DNA of 64,000 nt from Candidatus Latescibacterota bacterium (GTDB lineage: Bacteria; Latescibacterota; UBA2968; UBA8231). The notes below the pieces were generated by a model, which saw only the letters and a list, made by a program, of their open reading frames with translations, was not told the DNA's origin and did not search any database. Shown piece by piece: positions 58,019-64,000 of this stretch. The DNA lies in NCBI GenBank assembly GCA_965223905.1, contig CBDCXV010000011.1:1280001-1344000 (forward strand), read 5' to 3'. The position numbers and the translations under genes were made by a program. Every line of letters starts with the position of its first letter. Position 1 is the first letter of the stretch.

Positions 58019-61000
58019 ATGAAAATTCCGGTTCTCGCATGTATAGTGTTTTTCGCTGTTCTGCTGTTGCCGGCCTCCGGCAATGCCTCCCCCTCCCCTA
58101 TCGACTGGGCGCGTTCCTGCCGGCCGCTCGATGCCGAGAAGTTGGAGCGCGACCATACCGGCAGTCCGGCCGCCAAGTCGCTGACCGATTCGGACGCCGG
58201 CCAAACGCGCACAGTGAAGTTGATCTACTTCCTGCCCAACGACCGCTCCTTCAACTCCGACGTGGTCGACTCCATAAAAGCAAGGATTCCCCGCATTCAG
58301 ACCCTTTACCGCGACCAGATGCAGGCTCGCGGATACGGCAACAAAACCTTCCAGTATGAAACCGACGACCAGGGCGACCCGGTAGTGCATCGCGTGGACG
58401 GGCCGGACTCCGATGCCAGCTATCTCCGCTCGTACCGCAGGGTCGGCGTCGGCAACGTGCTCAACGACCTGAAACCGACATTTGATTCCAGTAGCAGCAT
58501 TCTTTTCATCGTCGTCGACCACAGCACTTACGACAATCTCGGTTGGGGAAACGTGGCGGGGTTTGGCGGGCAGTGGGGCAAAGACAGCGGCTATGCGCTT
58601 CTTCCCCCCAGCTTCACCGTCGAAACCGCGGCCCATGAATTGGGCCATGCCTTCGGCTTGCAGCACGATTTCAACAACGGCGCCAACATCATGTCGTATG
58701 GTCCGGGATGGAACCAGTTATCGGCGTGCAGCGCAGGGTTCCTGGCCGTGCATCCCTACTTCGATGCCGATGTCCCGATTGAAGAACAACAGACCTGGGA
58801 CCTTCTGGCGCCGACCATCGAGCTTGTTTCACCCCTGAGATATCCCGCCGGGTCAACAAGCCTCTCCCTTCAATTCAGGGTCACGGCTTCAGGGGACCGG
58901 GGACTACAGCAGGCCCTTTTCTTCCTCAGATCGAGAGCGCCCCACCCTGCTGCGGGGTCTCACGAGGTGAAGGGGTGCCATGACTTGCAGGGTGTGCGGG
59001 ATACCGTCGTTGTATTCCAACATGACGGGGTTATCCCGTCCGAGGGCTCCGGTAGTCTTTCCGAGTCCCCTACGCATTTCGTTTCCGTGCAGGGAGTCGA
59101 TACCGAGGGGAATGCGAACAGCGGACCCTATCGCGACTCTCATTTCGTCCTGGCGGAAGATTCGCCGCACCATCTCGCCACGCTCTTCAGGTATACGCGA
59201 GATACTTCCCCGGAGATCTATGGCGCCGAGTTCTCACCGGATGGAACGATCCTCGCCGTCAATTCGTCCGCGGGGATCCAGATATGGAACATGGCGACGC
59301 GAGCCGTGGTCGCTACTCTCAGCGGGCGCAGCTCTGCGCTGGCGTTTTCGCCCGACGGGGCCACCCTCGCTTCCGGGTCTTCCTGGACCAACGAGGCCAA
59401 TCTCAAGCTGTGGAACGTGGCCAGCCAGACTCTTGTCGCTACGCTGCCGGGGCATACGGGGGGACCTACAGGTGTCACTTCCCTGGCGTTTTCGCCCGGG
59501 GGGGATACCCTCGCTTCCGGGTCAGGGGATCAGACGATCAAGCTGTGGGACGTGGCGAACCAGACCCTTATCGCCACCCTTACCGGGCATACGAGTCATG
59601 TCTGGTCGGTGGCCTTCTCGCCCGATGGAACCCTCGCTTCCGGGTCGCGGGACGGCACGGTCAAGCTGTGGGACGTGGCATCGCAAACCAATACCGCAAC
59701 CCTGGAGGGAAATACCGGCCGGGTCCTCGACGTGGCGTTCTCCCCCGACGGGACAATCCTCGCTTCGAGCACGGACGGCCCCATGCTGCTATGGAACGTG
59801 GCGACGAGGGATACTATCGCCATCCTCCAGGGTCATGGAGAGGCGTCCTTTTCCCCGGACGGGGCGACACTTGTCACGGGTGGAGGACTGGGCCAGATCC
59901 TGCTATGGAACGTGGCGACGGCGAAGAGCATCGCAAAGCTCGGGCATCCTGACCGGCTGGGGGACACCTGGGGTTTCGGGATCAACGGGGTGTTTTCTCC
60001 CGACGGATCCCTGCTCGCTTCGGAAGGCCTGAAGGGGATCGAGCTGTGGGACGCGTCCGAATGGACGGGAGTCTCTCCGGTGACCTCCGTTCCCGCTCAC
60101 CCGGACAGTGTCGCCCTGGTTGCTCTTTACAATTCCACCAGCGGCGCCAACTGGCGGGACAAGACGAACTGGCTGGGCACCAGGCCCATCGGCGAATGGG
60201 AAGGCGTAAGAACGAACCTCGGTCGGGTATATGATCTGGAAGTCAGTTGGAACGGGTTGAACGGGCCAATTCCCTCTGAACTGGGCAACCTCACCTTCCT
60301 GTCTTCCCTGTACCTTTATGGAAATCAGTTGAGCGGAGAGATACCCTCCGAAATAGGGGACCTCTCAAACCTCAGGTATCTGGAGCTGAACCATAACCAG
60401 TTGAGTGGGCAGATCCCCTCCGAACTCGGCAACCTGTCCAAGCTGGAAACACTGTCGCTCCAGAGTAACCGGTTGAGCGGAGTGGTCCCCGCCGAGCTAA
60501 GCCAGTTGAGCGCCCTGAAGAGACTTTGGCTCTCCAGTAACCAGTTAACTGGTACCATACCGGCAAAGTTGGGAAACCTGACCAACCTGGAGGTCTTGGG
60601 GCTTTCCGGTAACCAGCTGACCGGAACGCTTCCTTCCGAACTGACCAGCCTTTCCGAGCTCGAGTGGTTGTTTCTCTCCGGCAACCAGCTGACCGGAACC
60701 ATACCGGCGGAATTGGGAACCCTGACCAACCTGACGCGCCTGTACCTCTCCGGCAACCAGCTGACCGGAACCATACCGGCGGAGTTGGGCAACCTGACCA
60801 ACCTCACGCACCTGTACCTCGCCGGCAACCAGTTGAGCGGGTGCCTCCCCGCGGGCCTGCGGGACGTGGCGAACAACGACCTGGCCCCGCTCGGTCTGTC
60901 CGACTGCGGCGAGCAGACCACGCATACCCAGGCCACGACCGATTTCAACGGCGACGGCCAGACCGATTTCGTCGACTTCTTCCTCTTTGCCGATGCCTAC

Positions 61001-61417
61001 GGCGGCACGGACGCAAAGTTTGACCTCGACGGCAGCGGCACGGTGGATTTCGTCGACTTCTTCCAGTTCGTCGATTCCTTCAGTTCGTCGGGGCAGGCCA
61101 AGCTGCTGGCGATGGCCCAGCAAATGCTCGGATTGCCTGCGGGCCCGGAACTTCACCAGAACGCCCCCAATCCCTTCAACAACGAGACCGTCATCTCCTG
61201 GTTCCTGCTGAAGCCGGGTCCGGCGCGGGTGGAGGTGTTTGCCCTTACCGGACAGCGGCTGGCGGTCCTGCACCAAGGGCGGCAGCAGGCGGGACGTCAC
61301 CGCGTTCACTGGGACGGCCGCGACGACGAGGGCCGCCCCTTGGCCAGCGGCGTCTACCTGTACCGCCTGGTGACTGGCGAGGGTATGTTGACTCGCAAGC
61401 TCACCCTGCTGCGGTGA
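58019..61417 (+). CDS. Secreted metzincin + WD40 + plant-type LRR + dockerin/EF-hand + C-terminal sorting domain (paralog of 37338..41639)
   Basis: AGGAGG RBS; HELGHAFGLQH and IMSYG; WD40 repeats; LSGNQLTGTIPAELG repeats; DFNGDG; NAPNPFN..KLTLLR. Confidence 0.9.
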   Translation: MKIPVLACIVFFAVLLLPASGNASPSPIDWARSCRPLDAEKLERDHTGSPAAKSLTDSDAGQTRTVKLIYFLPNDRSFNSDVVDSIKARIPRIQTLYRDQMQARGYGNKTFQYETDDQGDPVVHRVDGPDSDASYLRSYRRVGVGNVLNDLKPTFDSSSSILFIVVDHSTYDNLGWGNVAGFGGQWGKDSGYALLPPSFTVETAAHELGHAFGLQHDFNNGANIMSYGPGWNQLSACSAGFLAVHPYFDADVPIEEQQTWDLLAPTIELVSPLRYPAGSTSLSLQFRVTASGDRGLQQALFFLRSRAPHPAAGSHEVKGCHDLQGVRDTVVVFQHDGVIPSEGSGSLSESPTHFVSVQGVDTEGNANSGPYRDSHFVLAEDSPHHLATLFRYTRDTSPEIYGAEFSPDGTILAVNSSAGIQIWNMATRAVVATLSGRSSALAFSPDGATLASGSSWTNEANLKLWNVASQTLVATLPGHTGGPTGVTSLAFSPGGDTLASGSGDQTIKLWDVANQTLIATLTGHTSHVWSVAFSPDGTLASGSRDGTVKLWDVASQTNTATLEGNTGRVLDVAFSPDGTILASSTDGPMLLWNVATRDTIAILQGHGEASFSPDGATLVTGGGLGQILLWNVATAKSIAKLGHPDRLGDTWGFGINGVFSPDGSLLASEGLKGIELWDASEWTGVSPVTSVPAHPDSVALVALYNSTSGANWRDKTNWLGTRPIGEWEGVRTNLGRVYDLEVSWNGLNGPIPSELGNLTFLSSLYLYGNQLSGEIPSEIGDLSNLRYLELNHNQLSGQIPSELGNLSKLETLSLQSNRLSGVVPAELSQLSALKRLWLSSNQLTGTIPAKLGNLTNLEVLGLSGNQLTGTLPSELTSLSELEWLFLSGNQLTGTIPAELGTLTNLTRLYLSGNQLTGTIPAELGNLTNLTHLYLAGNQLSGCLPAGLRDVANNDLAPLGLSDCGEQTTHTQATTDFNGDGQTDFVDFFLFADAYGGTDAKFDLDGSGTVDFVDFFQFVDSFSSSGQAKLLAMAQQMLGLPAGPELHQNAPNPFNNETVISWFLLKPGPARVEVFALTGQRLAVLHQGRQQAGRHRVHWDGRDDEGRPLASGVYLYRLVTGEGMLTRKLTLLR

Positions 61418-61490
61418 TTGGACGGGTGTCTCAGATGCGACCGCTGCCCCCCGACATAGCCCTCAACCGAAAGCACAGGACGATAACCTT

Positions 61491-63934
61491 ATGAAAACCT
61501 CCGTTCTTCACTCCGTGTTTTTGGCGTTGCTCATTCTCCTGCTGTCGCCGCCCGCAGGCGACGCTTTATCCGGGTCACAATTGTCCCGCACTTCCAAACA
61601 GACAGCGCCTGAAAACCATAATGTGATGTTAAGGGTTGTACGCGTAACGCCAGAATGGATGCCCTATGCGTCCACTGGCGGCTGGACCGAGGCCGTTTCT
61701 GTGAAAGAAAGTGATGTTCTCAAATTTTACGAAGCCGCTATCTGGGAGGAGACCTCATCGGTCCACCTTTATGCATTCTCCAATAGTTACGATGCGGGAT
61801 ATGGAAACCAGCCAGGCGTCACCGTCACCGACGAGCAGAAGATCGCCCACCGGGAGCAATTCCTTATTCGCAAGTATACGGATATGCCGGCGGCGTGGAC
61901 TGAAGAAAGAAGTGTCTTTCTGAAGTCGGCATTTGTGGATATGGCATCATATCTGGTAAATCAACACCCTGATTCCGATCATCATCTGATGTACTCCGGA
62001 CACGGAGGCCCTGGCGGAAAGCTGTTTGCCGCGCAGTTATATGAGAATCACGCTAACGAGTTCCTGAAGTCGTGGACGCAGACACTGGGGAGACCATTGG
62101 GCGTGATTGACATGGGAGGACCCTGCACCAAGGGCAGTTTTTCAGACCTCGATAATTTCTCTGATTATGCGACATATTATGTCGCGTCAGACCTGCCCAA
62201 CGGCGGATATACAATGGACCATTGGACTTATGAGAAACACCAAGAAACCGATCCCGAGACACAATATCACAATCTGGTTTCAACCAACGAAAGTCTGGAG
62301 GATGTATTAAAGGGTCGTATCGACCTGAAAAGAAAGGGATATGAATACTCACGAAACAACATGATAACGAATGAAGTCGCTCAAGCGAATTATCTCTATT
62401 CGTGCGCCGCGTTTCGCACCTTCAGCCCCGACTTCAAGACATTTCTCGGCAGCGCACATACCAGTTATAGTATTTATGATGCCTGTACCAGTATATGATC
62501 GATAATGGGGCTCCATCGACTCTGATTGCGCAGTTCACCAGCGTAATCGTGCATAAAGCGGACAACAAGGATTTTTTCGCGTGGAGCGAAGTCAGGAATG
62601 GAATTTCAATGCCCCATCCGGAAGTTACCCCTCCAGTCTCCACGGTGACGCCGCTCAGCGAGCGCACGCCACAGGTGCGGGATGCGATCGTGACCGAAGC
62701 GAGGCTCGCATCGTTCTACTCTCTCGCGCTGGACAGTTGGAACATCACCTCGCTGAAAGCAGGCGATTTTGATGGACTGACGTCATTGACAACGCTCAGC
62801 CTGTCCAACAACCAGTTGGGCACGCTACCGGCGGGTATTTTTAACGGGCTGACGTCACTGACATCGCTGGACCTGTCCAGCAACCAGTTGAGCGCGCTGC
62901 CAGCAGATATATTTGACGGGCTAACGTCACTGGCAACACTCAACCTTTGGAGCAACCCCCTGAACACGTTACCGGAGGGTCTATTCGAAGGACTGACGTC
63001 ATTGACAACGCTCAACCTGGGTTACAACCATTTAAACAACCTGCCGGCGGGAATTTTCGTCGGACTTGCGGAACTGCAATCTCTCCACCTGTACGGAAAC
63101 GCGACTGACCCGTTGCCGCTTCCCGTTTCAATCGAAAAGATTGCGGACGGTCAGTTCAAGGCAGTAGCGCCTACAGGAGCCCCCTTCAATATTGTGCTCC
63201 CGCTCATCGTTACGAATGGAACAATCGGTGGCGGTGCGGCGGGCAGCGTCACGATTTCCACCGGCACCGCGGAAAGCCCGCCCTTCACGGTGGCGCGCAC
63301 CCCCGGCACGACGGCCGCTGTCACGGTTAATATCGGCACCCTGCCCGGACTGCCCACCGAGGTGAATCGATTTAACATTCCACTGCATCAGGGCTACACG
63401 CTCGTCAAATCCGGAGATTTGCCACTGGCAATCATCGCCGCCGCGGCGGCGGCAACGGATTTCAATGGTGACGGCAGGACCGATTTCGTGGACTTCTTCC
63501 TCTTTGCCGATGCCTACGGCGGCACGGACGCAAAGTTTGACCTCGACGGAAGTGGCACGGTCGATTTCGTCGACTTCTTCCAGTTCGTCGATGCCTTCGA
63601 TTCGTCAGCGCAGGCCAAGCTGCTGGCGCTGGCCCAGGAGATGTTCGGTCTGCCCACGGGCCTGGAACTTCAGCAAAACGCCCCCAATCCCTTCAACAGC
63701 GAGACCGTCATATCCTGGTTCCTGCTGGAGCCGGGCCCGGCGCGGGTGGAGGTGTTCGCCCTGACCGGGCAGCGGCAGGCGGTCCTGCACAGGGGGCCGC
63801 AACAAGCCGGCCGCCACCGCCTTCACTGGGACGGCCGCGGCCACGAGGGTCGCCCCCTGGCCAGCGGTGTATACCTCTACCGGCTGGTGACGGCAGATGC
63901 GGTGATGACACGTAAACTCACCTTGTTACGATAA
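61491..63934 (+). pseudogene. Clostripain/caspase-fold-like peptidase domain + LRR + dockerin/EF-hand + sorting domain, split by a 1-nt frameshift at about 62481
   Basis: ORF1 (61491-62498) has the signal peptide, HHLMYSGHGG and IDMGGPC. ORF2 (62495-63934) lacks a signal peptide but carries the CTD. Inserting one base (TAT GAT G[A]C CTG TAC CAG TAT ATG) gives YDDLYQYMID. Confidence 0.65.
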
Positions 63935-64000
63935 GCCTCTACCATGCGGACAAAGTTTAAAGCGAGCCCCAAAATGCTATGTCTCCAGTCCTTCCGAAGA

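Overview
GC-rich bacterial chromosomal window. The gene content suggests an FCB-superphylum, sponge-symbiont-like organism (Latescibacterota/Gemmatimonadota/Poribacteria-like); this is inference only, from abundant eukaryote-like repeat proteins with NPFN-type sorting domains. Layout: (1) nudC (5'-truncated by the window) and nth. (2) A minus-strand defence-like island: RloA-type AAA ATPase, RloB, and an SF2 helicase fused to a HExxH metallopeptidase. The helicase is split by an intact ISL3 element (23-bp IRs, 8-bp TSD), and excision restores one 889-aa ORF. (3) A decayed stretch at about 7.5-22 kb: beta-helix pseudogene, dpp/opp-type ABC operon with only the last ~30 codons of its binding-protein gene, frameshifted DUF151, higBA and hicA relics. 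(4) A three-gene unit: POTRA-less Omp85 barrel, signal-peptide-bearing kinase-fold protein, and NTT/Tlc nucleotide translocase. It is followed by a candidate structured RNA, mscS, and a WYL regulator with palindromic boxes. (5) A large array of secreted modular proteins (CARDB, YWTD, WD40, LRR, collagen, metzincin, dockerin-like EF-hand, FlgD/T9SS-CTD-like). (6) A six-gene trans-envelope phospho-signalling operon: pseudo-trypsin-TM-FHA, TM(Asp)-coiled-coil-vWA, ExbB/MotA channel, FHA, PP2C, and Ser/Thr kinase-TM-ankyrin. The best candidates for undescribed systems are (6), (4) and the helicase-peptidase/RloAB island. No rRNA, tRNA, CRISPR array or reverse transcriptase was recognised. All calls are by motif recognition; no database searches were run.
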